From positions 1 to 43,724 of IMG/VR virus record IMGVR_UViG_3300046739_000187: a stretch of 43,724 nt of DNA. One strand, written 5' to 3'. The translations under genes and the position numbers were made by a program. Positions 8,064 through 17,435 of the stretch are shown piece by piece (position 1 is the stretch's first letter; each line of letters starts with the position of its first letter). This DNA is from a virus (taxonomy: Duplodnaviria > Caudoviricetes). Under the pieces are notes generated by a model, which saw nothing but the letters and a program-made list of their open reading frames with translations, was not told where the DNA came from and did not search any database.

Positions 8064-8351
8064 ATGAATCCTAGCGCAACCCCAACCCCCCTGGACTTCC
8101 ACGGCTCCGGCCCCCACGGCGCGTGCAACGCGATCGTCGCCGACCAGCTCAACAAGCGGTGCACCCAACCCGCCGCCGCCTACATCTCCATCGTTTCCCT
8201 GGGCACGGGCCTGCTCGTTGACGGGGAGTTCCTGCCCGCCGAGCAGCTCACCCACTCCTGCGTCGAGCACGAGCAGCAGGTTGCGGCGGAGGGGCGGCTC
8301 ATGTCGACCCGGCCGCTGATCGAAACGCCGGCGGTGTCCGATGCCCTCTGA
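8064..8351 (+). CDS. Hypothetical protein
   Basis: GGAGAG RBS then ATG 8064; operon context. Confidence 0.6.
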   Translation: MNPSATPTPLDFHGSGPHGACNAIVADQLNKRCTQPAAAYISIVSLGTGLLVDGEFLPAEQLTHSCVEHEQQVAAEGRLMSTRPLIETPAVSDAL

Positions 8352-8634
8352 CCTCGCCATCGACCCGGCCACCCTCACCGCGGCCCTCGCCGCGAACCAG
8401 CTCGCCGAACTCGTCGACGACCTCGACCAGTACGCCCCACCACCCAACGTCCACCGCGACGTGTGGGACCAACTCGTCGCCCTCGCCGCCGCCTGGCGCC
8501 AGCACACCGGCTGGGCCGACGAGCAGGACATCGACCGCAACGCCTACTCCGGCCAGCACCTGGCCGACGAAGACCCGGACGCCTCCTACCTGATCGTCAC
8601 GCCCCGCTGGCCCGCCGAGGCGGTGGCCGCGTGA
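8341..8634 (+). CDS. Hypothetical protein
   Basis: 97-aa ORF overlapping its neighbours, GC3-rich. Confidence 0.7.
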   Translation: MPSDLAIDPATLTAALAANQLAELVDDLDQYAPPPNVHRDVWDQLVALAAAWRQHTGWADEQDIDRNAYSGQHLADEDPDASYLIVTPRWPAEAVAA

Positions 8635-8999
8635 TCGCCGTCTACCTCGCCGGCCACTGGGCCGGACTGTGGGCCTGGCTCTGTGGCCTCAGTCTCGGCG
8701 GAAAAGTCCTGGTCATCTCTCTCGCCCTGACCGTGGCCGGCCTCATCAACCTGACCCGCGAGTTCATGATCGCGCCACTGATCACCGTCGAACCCGGCAC
8801 CACCCAGGCCATCCAGGACACCGGCGACGAATTCACCGACGACGTGTGGGCGGAGCTGGTCAACGGCTTCGCCGCAGACGCCTACGCCTACCGCGGCGGC
8901 AGCGGACTGCCCGGAGAGCAGACCCGGGCCACTACCACCGACTTCGACCAGGCCGCCGGACAGGCGTGCCACCTCACCGAAACCGAGGACCAGACATGA
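8631..8999 (+). CDS. Hypothetical membrane protein
   Basis: GTGA overlap start; hydrophobic N-terminal half. Confidence 0.65.
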   Translation: MIAVYLAGHWAGLWAWLCGLSLGGKVLVISLALTVAGLINLTREFMIAPLITVEPGTTQAIQDTGDEFTDDVWAELVNGFAADAYAYRGGSGLPGEQTRATTTDFDQAAGQACHLTETEDQT

Positions 9000-10021
9000 G
9001 CATCAACATCAACATTCAAGACATCACCCTCGCCTCCGGCGGCCACCCCGGCAACACCCTCGACCCGACCAACCCAGACGGCTGCGAAATGTGCGCCATG
9101 GAATGGTTCAACGCCTGCCGCGCACTGGCCGCCAGCAGCCTGCACCCGAAGGTCACCGACGCACGCCCAGACGACGTGTCCCCGGTCCTGCACCAACTCG
9201 GCATAGCCCTCAACGACAAGCTCGACGACGACGACCGACAGAAGCTCAAGCCGTTCCTCCCGGCCGGCCCGGGCCAGCCGTCACTACTGGACGCCACCAG
9301 CGACGGCCGCGACCACATCCGCCGTTGGATGGCCCTGGACTGGGTGGCCCGGTCCGCGCTACCGCTGTGGCTCGACGCCGCCGGCCAGGACGGCAGGGCG
9401 GCAGCCCTGCGTGCCTTGGCGCCGGTGGTCGGCGACGCGACAGCCGCCGCAGCGCGGCAGCTTCTGCGCGAGGTCGGCAACACGATGCGGGACCTGCGGC
9501 ACGCCCACTGGGCGAAGCTGCGCGCAGACGTGGAAGCCCAGGTGAAGCGCCGACTCGCCGATCGGGGAACCGTTGCCGCTGCCGATGCCGCTGCCGATGC
9601 CGATGCCGCTGCCGATGCCGCTGCCGATGCCGTTGCCGTTGCCGCTGTCGTTGCCGATGCCGCTGCCGTTGCCGCTGTCGTTGCCGTTGCCGATGCCGTT
9701 GCCGATGCCGATGCCGATGCCGATGCCGCTGCCGTTGCCGCTGTCGTTGCCGATGCCGTTGCCGCTGTCGTTGCCGATGCCGATGCCGCTGTCGTTGCCG
9801 CTGTCGTTGCCGATGCCGATGCCGTTGCCGCTGTCGTTGCCGATGCCGCTGCCGCGTACGGCGACCGCTGGTACCAGATCCGCCGAGCCGCCTACGGCGC
9901 CGCGTACCCGGCCATCAAGACCCGCATCGCACAGACATACGCCCCGATCATCGAGCAGATCAACGCGGGCGCCCTCGACCTGTACGCCCGGATGATCCGG
10001 CCCGCCGGAGATGCCCGATGA
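8996..10021 (+). CDS. Hypothetical phage protein with internal Ala/Asp/Val low-complexity tract
   Basis: ATGA overlap start; LASGGH...CEMCAME N-terminus; about 94 codons of A/D/V repeats. Confidence 0.75.
   Translation: MSININIQDITLASGGHPGNTLDPTNPDGCEMCAMEWFNACRALAASSLHPKVTDARPDDVSPVLHQLGIALNDKLDDDDRQKLKPFLPAGPGQPSLLDATSDGRDHIRRWMALDWVARSALPLWLDAAGQDGRAAALRALAPVVGDATAAAARQLLREVGNTMRDLRHAHWAKLRADVEAQVKRRLADRGTVAAADAAADADAAADAAADAVAVAAVVADAAAVAAVVAVADAVADADADADAAAVAAVVADAVAAVVADADAAVVAAVVADADAVAAVVADAAAAYGDRWYQIRRAAYGAAYPAIKTRIAQTYAPIIEQINAGALDLYARMIRPAGDAR
9571..9853 (+). repeat. Degenerate hexamer minisatellite (GCCGAT/GCCGCT/GCCGTT/GTCGTT)
   Basis: Continuous 6-nt periodic tract read directly. 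Confidence 0.92.
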
Positions 10022-10572
10022 GCCTCCTCGCCCGCATCCTCACCCCCCAGCACCTGTACTGGCTATCCGGCAGCATCCTGGTCGGCCTCGCCCTACTGGT
10101 CTACGCCGTGATCATCTGCCACCAGGTCAACCACATCACCGAAGACGGCCCCTACCACGCCGCCATCGCAACCCGCGGCACCACCCAGACCCCGGTCGTA
10201 CACGAAGGCGCCACCGAAAGCTGGTCACCAGCCGACGAGGTCGCCAACGCCGGCATCACCACCGAACTACTCCTCATCCAGACCACCGCCGACCGGCGCG
10301 TCGAAGCCGAAGAGCTCGCGCACCCGATCGACCCCGACAGCGCCGCGATCATCGACAACGCCCTCGCCGGAATCCGTGAAGCCTGCGACCGGGGCCGTGA
10401 CGCGATCCTCGCCGGCGAGGCCATGGCCGAGGCACGCGCCTACTACCGGCTCGCCGAACTGCACCGCAACCCCGACCACACCCCCGACGAAACCGCCAGC
10501 ATGCACATCCGCGCCGAATTGGACGCGATGCTCGCCACCGACGGACGCGACAACCTGGCAGGTGCCCGGTGA
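10018..10572 (+). CDS. Hypothetical membrane-anchored protein
   Basis: ATGA overlap; N-terminal TM helix. Confidence 0.7.
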   Translation: MSLLARILTPQHLYWLSGSILVGLALLVYAVIICHQVNHITEDGPYHAAIATRGTTQTPVVHEGATESWSPADEVANAGITTELLLIQTTADRRVEAEELAHPIDPDSAAIIDNALAGIREACDRGRDAILAGEAMAEARAYYRLAELHRNPDHTPDETASMHIRAELDAMLATDGRDNLAGAR

Positions 10573-11204
10573 CTGCCACCCTCGCCCGCGCGCCGCAGGC
10601 CATCAACGCCCTCCTGCGCATCCCCCTCAACGCACTCGACCCCGGCCCCAACGTCCGAGCGGCCATCACCGGAATCACCGAACTCGCCACATCAATCAAG
10701 CAGATCGGAATGCAGAAACCGCTCCTCGTCATCGACATCGGAGGCGGCCGGTACCGCATCCTCGACGGCCACCGCCGCTACGCGGCCGCCCAGCGCCTCG
10801 GCCTCAACCACATCGACGTCATCCTCCGCAGAGACACCACCGACAAGGTCCGAATCCTGCGACAACTCGCCATCCAGGGACAAACCGAATGTTTCGATCC
10901 GATCGCCGAGGCGTCAGCCCTGCACACCCTCATGTGGGACCACAAGATGGCCCGCGAGGAGATCGCCCAGGCCGTGGGCCGGTCCCCAGTCTGGGTCCGC
11001 GACCGGATCGCCCTGCTCCGCCTCACCGACGACGAGAAGAAGGCCGTCGCAACGGGCCAGATGCCGGTTGGACAGGCCCTGCTCATCCTCGGCGCCCGAC
11101 GGGCTGAGCGAGACGGCACGCCTGCCCCGAAGGCAGTGGAGCCGGTCGCCGCGAAGTCAAGGGGAAAGCACTGCAAGAGCTGCACCTGCGGGGGTGCCCG
11201 GTGA
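10569..11204 (+). CDS. ParB/Srx N-terminal domain protein with HTH
   Basis: NVR...ELATSIKQIGMQKPLLV...YRILDGHRRYAA; REEIAQAVGRSPVWV HTH. Confidence 0.85.
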   Translation: MTATLARAPQAINALLRIPLNALDPGPNVRAAITGITELATSIKQIGMQKPLLVIDIGGGRYRILDGHRRYAAAQRLGLNHIDVILRRDTTDKVRILRQLAIQGQTECFDPIAEASALHTLMWDHKMAREEIAQAVGRSPVWVRDRIALLRLTDDEKKAVATGQMPVGQALLILGARRAERDGTPAPKAVEPVAAKSRGKHCKSCTCGGAR

Positions 11205-11572
11205 CGACCGCCGCCTGCTACCAGCACCCCACACTCACCGCCGACGCCTGGACCATCGCCGACAACGACGACAAGGCCGGCCGCCTCCGCAACTGGCGCG
11301 CCACCCAAACCTGCGGCACCTGCCCCCTCAAGCAAACATGCCTCAAGCAGGCCCTCGAACTCGGCGACGCCGGATACATCTACGGCGCCAAAGCGATCCT
11401 GCCCGCCCGATCGCGCGGGGTCGTCGCCGTCGACATGGCCGACTGCCAGTGGTGCGGCGCCGCCTACATCCCCACCAAGGCCGGACAAAGGTACTGCGGC
11501 GTCGCCCACACCAACCGCGCACAGGCCGCGGCACGGCAACGCCGGGCGATGGCCGGGCAGGAGGCGGCGTGA
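11201..11572 (+). CDS. WhiB-like Fe-S transcription factor with C-terminal zinc finger
   Basis: C...CGTCPLKQTCLKQAL..GYIYG WhiB-type spacing; CQWC...YC..H second motif. Confidence 0.6.
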   Translation: MTTAACYQHPTLTADAWTIADNDDKAGRLRNWRATQTCGTCPLKQTCLKQALELGDAGYIYGAKAILPARSRGVVAVDMADCQWCGAAYIPTKAGQRYCGVAHTNRAQAAARQRRAMAGQEAA

Positions 11573-11730
11573 TCCTCCGACCTCCCTCCGACGACGCCCG
11601 CCGCATGTACGTGCGGCTGTTCCTGGACGCCGACCGGCCGCGCTGCCCCTGGTGCGGATCCAGCCGAGGCCCATGCACCGACCCCGTCATCTGCGACGAA
11701 GCCCGCCACAAGCGCCTGGAGGACGTGTGA
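11569..11730 (+). CDS. Small Cys-rich hypothetical protein
   Basis: GTGA overlap; CPWC...C....C. Confidence 0.5.
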   Translation: MILRPPSDDARRMYVRLFLDADRPRCPWCGSSRGPCTDPVICDEARHKRLEDV

Positions 11731-12746
11731 TGGCCACCGCCGACCAGCTCGCCCAGCAACTCACCGCGAAGGCACCCCGGGCCCGCTGCCGTGCGACCGG
11801 CTGCACCACACCCCTCGACCCGGTCCTCGTCGACCGCGAGGACAACACCGGCCTCCACATGATGTGCACCGAACCGGCCATCCCCGGCCCGACAGTGATC
11901 CAGCCCGAACTGACCGCCGACTCGGCATCCGCGCCGGTGGTGTTGCCGCCGTCCACCGTCGACGAGCTGCACAACATCCTCATCAGCTACGACGCCTCCC
12001 GCCCACGCTCCATGCAAGTCCGACTCGGCCCCTCCGAACTCGGCACCGGCTGCCAGCAGCAGATCGCCCGGAAACTCGCCGGAGCCCCCCAACGCGCGGT
12101 CACCGCCCCAGCGTGGGCGCCATTCCAAGGCACCGCCGTGCACGCCGAAATGGAACAGGTCATCGCGTTCTGGAACGCCCAGCTCGGCAGAACCCGGTGG
12201 CTCGCCGAAGACGACCTGCAAGTAGACGACGAGATCCGCGGCCACGGCGACGCCTACGACCTCGACCACGACACCGTCGTCGACTGGAAACACGTCGGCA
12301 CCACCGCCCTAAGCAAGCTCCGCGCCGCCCGCCGCGCCGGCAAACCAGCCGCCGAACAGGTCAGCCCCGAGTACCGGGTCCAGGCCCACCTGTACGGCGT
12401 CGGCCACGAACGCAAAGGCCGCCCGGTCAAGTTCGTCCGGCTCGTGCTGCTGGCCCGGTCGTGGCAGTTCTCCGACTCCGACGAGTGGACCGAGCCCTAC
12501 CAGCCGGAGATCGCCTACCGGGCACTGGACCGCTACTACGCCACCAAAGACCTGCTGAACACGTTCCAGGTCGCCGCCAACCCGCACCTGATTGGCCTCG
12601 TCCCGGCTACCCCGAGCCCCGATAGCTGCAAATGGTGCGCGTTCCACAACCCGACCCGGCCATCCGGCTGGGACTCCTGCGCCGGCCACGTGGTCGACGC
12701 GGAACGCGCGAAAGCCCGCCAACTCGACGGGCTGATCGCCCCCTAG
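11730..12746 (+). CDS. Cas4-like PD-(D/E)XK exonuclease
   Basis: GPSELGTGC, GTAVH, GHGD, VVDWK, QAHLY, C-terminal CKWC...C. Confidence 0.85.
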   Translation: MATADQLAQQLTAKAPRARCRATGCTTPLDPVLVDREDNTGLHMMCTEPAIPGPTVIQPELTADSASAPVVLPPSTVDELHNILISYDASRPRSMQVRLGPSELGTGCQQQIARKLAGAPQRAVTAPAWAPFQGTAVHAEMEQVIAFWNAQLGRTRWLAEDDLQVDDEIRGHGDAYDLDHDTVVDWKHVGTTALSKLRAARRAGKPAAEQVSPEYRVQAHLYGVGHERKGRPVKFVRLVLLARSWQFSDSDEWTEPYQPEIAYRALDRYYATKDLLNTFQVAANPHLIGLVPATPSPDSCKWCAFHNPTRPSGWDSCAGHVVDAERAKARQLDGLIAP

Positions 12747-12811
12747 ATTCCGGCACCCCCACGGCGCCGGTAACCCATCAACCAAGGTCCAAAGGACAGG
12801 AGCAAAGAGCC

Positions 12812-13423
12812 ATGACCAACGCAAACGACCTGCTCATGGGCGGCGGAGTCAAGTCCGCCAAGTTCGACACCCTCGGCACCACCGTCGGCGGCAAGGTTGT
12901 CCGGCCGATCCAGGCCCGGCAGCAGACCGACTTCGACTCGGGCAAGCCGAAGTTCTACGAGAACGGCGACCCGATGATGCAGATCGTCGTCCACGTCCAG
13001 ACCAACCTGCGCGACGCCAGCGACCCCACCGACGACGGGGTCCGCGCCCTGTACCTGCGCGGTCAGGCCATGGCCGCCGCCCGTGACGCGGTGAAGGCCG
13101 CAGGCGGGAAGGGCATCGAGGTCGGCGGCGAGGTCTACCAGACCTGGTCCGGCAACGAGCCGAACAGCCGCGGCCGCGGCCAGGACAAGAAGGTCTACAC
13201 CGTCCGGTACGTGCTGCCCAGCGGCAACGACGCCCTCATGGGCACCCCGCCGCCCGCCCCGGCTGCCGTTCCCGCCCAGCAGCCCGTCAACCTGCCTCCG
13301 CTGCCCCCGGCCCCGGCCCCGGCTGCCGTCGCCGACCCGGCCCCGGCCGGTGTGGACGCCGCAGCCTGGGCGGCCCTCACCCCCGAGCAGCGCGCCCAGT
13401 ACCGGGCCCTGCCTCCCGCCTGA
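12812..13423 (+). CDS. Single-stranded DNA-binding-like protein
   Basis: SAKF..GTTVGG...ARQQTDF..GKPK actinophage SSB-like pattern, Pro/Ala tail, next to the exonuclease. Confidence 0.65.
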   Translation: MTNANDLLMGGGVKSAKFDTLGTTVGGKVVRPIQARQQTDFDSGKPKFYENGDPMMQIVVHVQTNLRDASDPTDDGVRALYLRGQAMAAARDAVKAAGGKGIEVGGEVYQTWSGNEPNSRGRGQDKKVYTVRYVLPSGNDALMGTPPPAPAAVPAQQPVNLPPLPPAPAPAAVADPAPAGVDAAAWAALTPEQRAQYRALPPA

Positions 13424-13438
13424 CGGGTGGGTCAGCGT

Positions 13439-13476
13439 CGCCGCCCAGCAGCCCCCCACAGGCCGGCTGGGCGGCG
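13439..13476. terminator. GC-rich hairpin after the SSB-like gene
   Basis: CGCCGCCCAGC / GCTGGGCGGCG inverted repeat. Confidence 0.4.
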
Positions 13477-13527
13477 GTGCCGACCTCCCCGCACCACCAC
13501 TCAGCCCCCACAGACGCGAGGTAACCA

Positions 13528-14061
13528 ATGAGCACTGAGGCCAAGGTCGAACTACTTACCGCTGAGGTGCGCACCCTGATGGTAGGAAACCGGCAGGTCA
13601 CACTCTCTGTCGCCAAGCAACTTGATCGGATCGGCCTGGAACACCTCGACCCCTTCGGCCGAATCCGAATCGGCGACGACGGGAATCTCGCCATCGGCCG
13701 CGATAGGCGGTCTGGCGCGCTGGCGATCTCGGCATTCCGGGACTATTTCTCGGACCCTACTGTGGATGATCTCGGTGACTGCCGTATCCGTGTCTGCTCA
13801 GGGAATCGGCCCAACCGCAACTACTACTCCCTGCGTTACAAGGACCGCAGCTTCAGGGTCCATGCCATCGAATGCGACGAGTGCAATATCGCTGGCCACG
13901 CGTACGGCAATGAGAAGTGCCCCGGCTGGATGATGGTCGGGGAAGACCCCGAAGTCGGGTACCTCCATCTGCTCCTACGGTTCGATGAAGACGACGCGCA
14001 TCGTGCCCGCCACCGGGCAGCCAAGGATCTTCCACTGATCGTCTTGGCTGGCCTCCGGTGA
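13528..14061 (+). CDS. Hypothetical protein with lower GC and atypical codons
   Basis: GAGG RBS; 177 aa; overlaps the primase start. Confidence 0.7.
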   Translation: MSTEAKVELLTAEVRTLMVGNRQVTLSVAKQLDRIGLEHLDPFGRIRIGDDGNLAIGRDRRSGALAISAFRDYFSDPTVDDLGDCRIRVCSGNRPNRNYYSLRYKDRSFRVHAIECDECNIAGHAYGNEKCPGWMMVGEDPEVGYLHLLLRFDEDDAHRARHRAAKDLPLIVLAGLR

Positions 14062-16550
14062 CCGACGACATCCTCAAAGCCGCCCTCGCCTGGCACGACG
14101 CAGGAGCCACCGTGCTACCCGCAGCCGCAGACGGGTCCAAACGCCCAGCGCTGGAATGGAAGGCCTACCAGACCGAGCGGCCCACCCGCGAACAGGTCGA
14201 AACCTGGTTCACCGGCAACACCCACCAAGGTCTCGGCCTGCTCTGCGGACAGGCATCCGGCAACCTCGAAATGCTTGAGCTTGAAGGCCGTGCCGTCGAC
14301 ACCGGCGCCGTCGACGAACTCGCCGAAGTGGTCCGCCACGCCGACCTCGGCGATCTGTGGGAACAAGTCACAACCGGCGGCTACTCCGAACACACCCCGT
14401 CCGGCGGACTGCACCTGCTCTACCGCATCGCCGACGAGCCGGTACCCGGCAACCTCAAGCTCGCCCGCGACCCCGCCGGCCTCGTCCTTGCCGAAACCCG
14501 CGGCGAAGGAGGCTGGGTAGTCATCGCCCCCTCCGCCGGCACCACCCACCCCACCGGCGACGCGTGGACCGTCCTGTTCGGCGGACCCGACACCGTACCC
14601 ACCATCACCTCCGCCCAACGCCACCAGTTGCACCAGCTCGTCCGCGCCCTCGACCGCACCCCCACCCGCGACCCAATGCCGGCCCCGCCGCGGCTGGCCA
14701 TCGTCCGCCCCGAAGGCGGCGTCAGCCCCGGCGACGACTTCGAGGCCCGCGTCGACTGGACCGACCCGCTCCTGCTCGGCGGCGCCGGCTGGACCCCCGT
14801 GTGGGCGAAGGGTGGCCGCACCTACTGGCGCCGCCCTGGCAAGGACACCCCCGGCATGTCCGCCACCACCGGCGGCGCCGCCGACGGCCGCGACCGCCTG
14901 TACGTGTTCAGCTCGTCCACCCCGCTCGAGCAGGAAGTGCCGCTGACCAAGCTGCACGTCTACGCCGTCCTCCACCACGGCGGCCAGCACACCGAAGCCG
15001 CCCGCGCGCTCAAGGGCCTCGGCTACGGCAAGGCGTCACCACTCGCCCCCGACCCGGCCGCCGCCCAGCGGGAGATGCTCGCCGAACTGCTGCCCGACTC
15101 GGTCGGTTCCAAAATCGGGACCGCTCGGGAGGCAGCCAACCAGCGCGTACTCACCGCGGTCGACGGCACCAGCGCCCGCGTCCTCGCCGAACCAGTCCCA
15201 GCCCCCCAGGCATACGGGCCCACCGAAGACGGCATGGCCCGCGCCCTCGTCGCCCACCACGGCCACGAACTGCGCTACTGCCCCCAGCGGGGCATGTGGC
15301 TGCGCTGGGACGGCTGCCGCTGGAAGTGGGACGAAGCCGAACACCACCGTGAACTCATCCGCGCCCTCGCCCGCGCACTACCCGACGACGGCGACCGCGA
15401 CGAACGCACCTTCAAGAAGCGTGCCCTGTCCGCGGCCGGCACCGCCGGTGTCGAACGTCTCGCCCGCTCCGACGCCCAAGTCGTCGTCGGCCTCAACCAA
15501 CTCGACGCCGACCCATGGGTCCTCAACACCCCCACCGGCATCATCGACCTGCGCACCGGCCAACTCCGCGCGTCGGACCCCGCCGCCCTGTGCACCCGCT
15601 CCACCACCGCCCCCTACGACCCGGACGCCAACCCGACACGCTGGCTCCAGTTCCTCACCGACACCTTCGACGACCCCGACCTCATCTCCTACCTGCAACG
15701 ACTCGTCGGATACTCCGCCATCGGCATGGTCGGCCCCCACGTACTCCCGTTCGCGTTCGGATCCGGCGGCAACGGCAAAGGCGTCTTCCTCGAAGCCATC
15801 CCCGGCGTACTCGGCGACTACGCCACCACCGCCCCCGTCGGCTTCCTCATGGCCCATCAACACGCCAGCCACGAAACCGAAATCGCCCGGCTGGCCGGCG
15901 CCCGCATGGTCGTCTGCTCCGAAGTCAACGAAGGCGACCGGTTCGACGAAGCCAAGGTGAAGCAGCTCACCGGCGGGGACACCATCACCGCCCGGTTCAT
16001 GCGCCAGGACCACTTCACGTTCACCCCCACCCACCAGCTGTGGCTGATGGGCAACACCCGCCCAGAAGTCCGCACCGGCGGCCGCTCGTTCTGGCGCCGC
16101 CTGCGGCTCGTCCCGTTCGAGCACGAGGTACCCGCCGACCAGGTCATCGACGACCTACAGGGAATCCTCGTCCGCGAACACGGAGCTGCCCTGCTCGCCT
16201 GGGCCGTGGCCGGAGCGGTCGCCTACGCCGCCGGAGGGCTACGCGAACCGGCCAAGGTGAAGGCCGCGACCGCCGAGTACGAGTCCGACCAGGACTCGAT
16301 GGCCCGGTTCGTCGACGAGTGCTGCTACATCGGCGGCGGTAGCCACGTCACCATCCGGGCCTCCAAGGTCCGCGAGGCGTACGAGCAATGGTGCTACGCC
16401 ACCGGCGAGGTACCCGTTTCCGCGAAGGCGTTCGGCATGGCGATGAAGAGCCGCTTCCACGTCGAACTGGTGAAGGGCTCCAAGGGTGTCCGGCAGTACC
16501 AGGGCATTGGACTCGTCACGCAAGACGACGACGACCGGGACGGTGAGTAG
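14058..16550 (+). CDS. Bifunctional primase-polymerase fused to D5/P4-family SF3 helicase
   Basis: Prim-Pol motifs (GSKRP, TPSGGLHLLY, ETRGEGGWVV); D5_N (LNTPTGIIDL); Walker A GSGGNGKG; KQLTGGD; FWRRL. Confidence 0.92.
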   Translation: MTDDILKAALAWHDAGATVLPAAADGSKRPALEWKAYQTERPTREQVETWFTGNTHQGLGLLCGQASGNLEMLELEGRAVDTGAVDELAEVVRHADLGDLWEQVTTGGYSEHTPSGGLHLLYRIADEPVPGNLKLARDPAGLVLAETRGEGGWVVIAPSAGTTHPTGDAWTVLFGGPDTVPTITSAQRHQLHQLVRALDRTPTRDPMPAPPRLAIVRPEGGVSPGDDFEARVDWTDPLLLGGAGWTPVWAKGGRTYWRRPGKDTPGMSATTGGAADGRDRLYVFSSSTPLEQEVPLTKLHVYAVLHHGGQHTEAARALKGLGYGKASPLAPDPAAAQREMLAELLPDSVGSKIGTAREAANQRVLTAVDGTSARVLAEPVPAPQAYGPTEDGMARALVAHHGHELRYCPQRGMWLRWDGCRWKWDEAEHHRELIRALARALPDDGDRDERTFKKRALSAAGTAGVERLARSDAQVVVGLNQLDADPWVLNTPTGIIDLRTGQLRASDPAALCTRSTTAPYDPDANPTRWLQFLTDTFDDPDLISYLQRLVGYSAIGMVGPHVLPFAFGSGGNGKGVFLEAIPGVLGDYATTAPVGFLMAHQHASHETEIARLAGARMVVCSEVNEGDRFDEAKVKQLTGGDTITARFMRQDHFTFTPTHQLWLMGNTRPEVRTGGRSFWRRLRLVPFEHEVPADQVIDDLQGILVREHGAALLAWAVAGAVAYAAGGLREPAKVKAATAEYESDQDSMARFVDECCYIGGGSHVTIRASKVREAYEQWCYATGEVPVSAKAFGMAMKSRFHVELVKGSKGVRQYQGIGLVTQDDDDRDGE

Positions 16551-16568
16551 CCGTGCCGGTCGAAAAAC

Positions 16569-16884
16569 GCGCCACCCAATGCGCCACCCAATGCGCCACC
16601 CGTCAACCTGTTCTTGACGAAATGGCGGGTGGCGCATGTCAGCGATGCGCCACCCGGGTGGCGCATGTGGCGTGTTTCTCCAACAACACGAATGGGTCAC
16701 GGCGAGTCGACGGCCAGCCAAAACGCGCAATTCAGAGATCAACTTACGCGAGCAAAGTTGATCTCTGGGTGGCGCGTGTGGCGCGTTTTCCCAGTTATCG
16801 CCGTCAAGCGCGCGCATTAAGGCTCAAAGGGAGACGCGCCACCTTGATCAACTCTCAGCAACGTTATCCACAGGCTGTGGAAAA
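16569..16884. other. Candidate replication origin: GCGCCACCC iterons plus paired DnaA-box-like sites
   Basis: GCGCCACCC at 16569, 16581, 16593, 16647; inverted at 16627, 16656, 16767; TTATCCACA 16864-16872 and inverted TTTTCCACA 16876-16884; AT-richer; right after the primase gene. Confidence 0.7.
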
Positions 16885-16899
16885 CCAAGAAGGAAGATC

Positions 16900-17100
16900 A
16901 TGAAGCCCTACACGTACGTCGGTGGCTCACTCAACGGGCAACAATCCGAGCCCCTCAACGCGAAGCCTTCGATCTATCGCGACAAGCAAGGCGCCCCCCT
17001 CCGACCCTCGACCGGAGACCTAATCGCCAAGCGAGGCGGCGAGGTTTACGTCCGCCGTTCCTGGAGCCGCCAATACGTCTGGCTGGCCGACGAACAGTGA
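16900..17100 (+). CDS. Hypothetical protein
   Basis: AAGGA RBS, 66 aa, overlaps the next gene. Confidence 0.65.
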   Translation: MKPYTYVGGSLNGQQSEPLNAKPSIYRDKQGAPLRPSTGDLIAKRGGEVYVRRSWSRQYVWLADEQ

Positions 17101-17426
17101 GCCAACACTTCGTCACCACCGCGGCCATCCCAGCCACCTGCCGACCCTGCCAGGCCCTCACCCTCACCGGCCACGCCGAAGGCATCCGCGCCACCGTCGA
17201 CCCCATCGCCCTCACCCATGCCGGCCGGGCCGCCGCCATCCTCGCCGGACGCACCACCTACGCCCTGCACGCCGGCGAACTCATCGAACGCACCGCCTGG
17301 CGACAAACCCACCCAGCTGCCCCCACCGTCGCCGAACACCGCTGCGGCCACCCCATCCCCGCCGGCTGGCAGGCGCCGCCCACGCCGGGCCGCCGGTACG
17401 TCATCCCCGACCAGCCCGCCTACTGA
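17097..17426 (+). CDS. Hypothetical zinc-binding protein
   Basis: CRPC ... EHRC motifs. Confidence 0.7.
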   Translation: MSQHFVTTAAIPATCRPCQALTLTGHAEGIRATVDPIALTHAGRAAAILAGRTTYALHAGELIERTAWRQTHPAAPTVAEHRCGHPIPAGWQAPPTPGRRYVIPDQPAY

Positions 17427-17435
17427 GGAGAACCC

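Noticed and set aside
9571-9853. CRISPR array or DGR variable region
   Set aside because: No repeat-spacer structure, no template/variable repeat pair and no reverse transcriptase in the window
9091-9995. Poly-(Arg-Cys) and poly-(MPLP) ORFs
   Set aside because: Alternate-frame readings of the hexamer repeat; the Ala/Asp/Val frame is continuous with the coupled gene 8996..10021
10569-11204. Complete parABS partition system
   Set aside because: No ParA ATPase and no convincing parS seen; solo ParB-like genes are common in actinophages
11730-12746. CRISPR-Cas system from the Cas4-like gene
   Set aside because: Solo Cas4-like exonuclease next to SSB in a recombination module; no cas1/cas2 or array
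16553-16903. 116-aa ORF with ATQC repeats
   Set aside because: The peptide repeats simply mirror the DNA iterons; AT-rich codons suggest a non-coding origin
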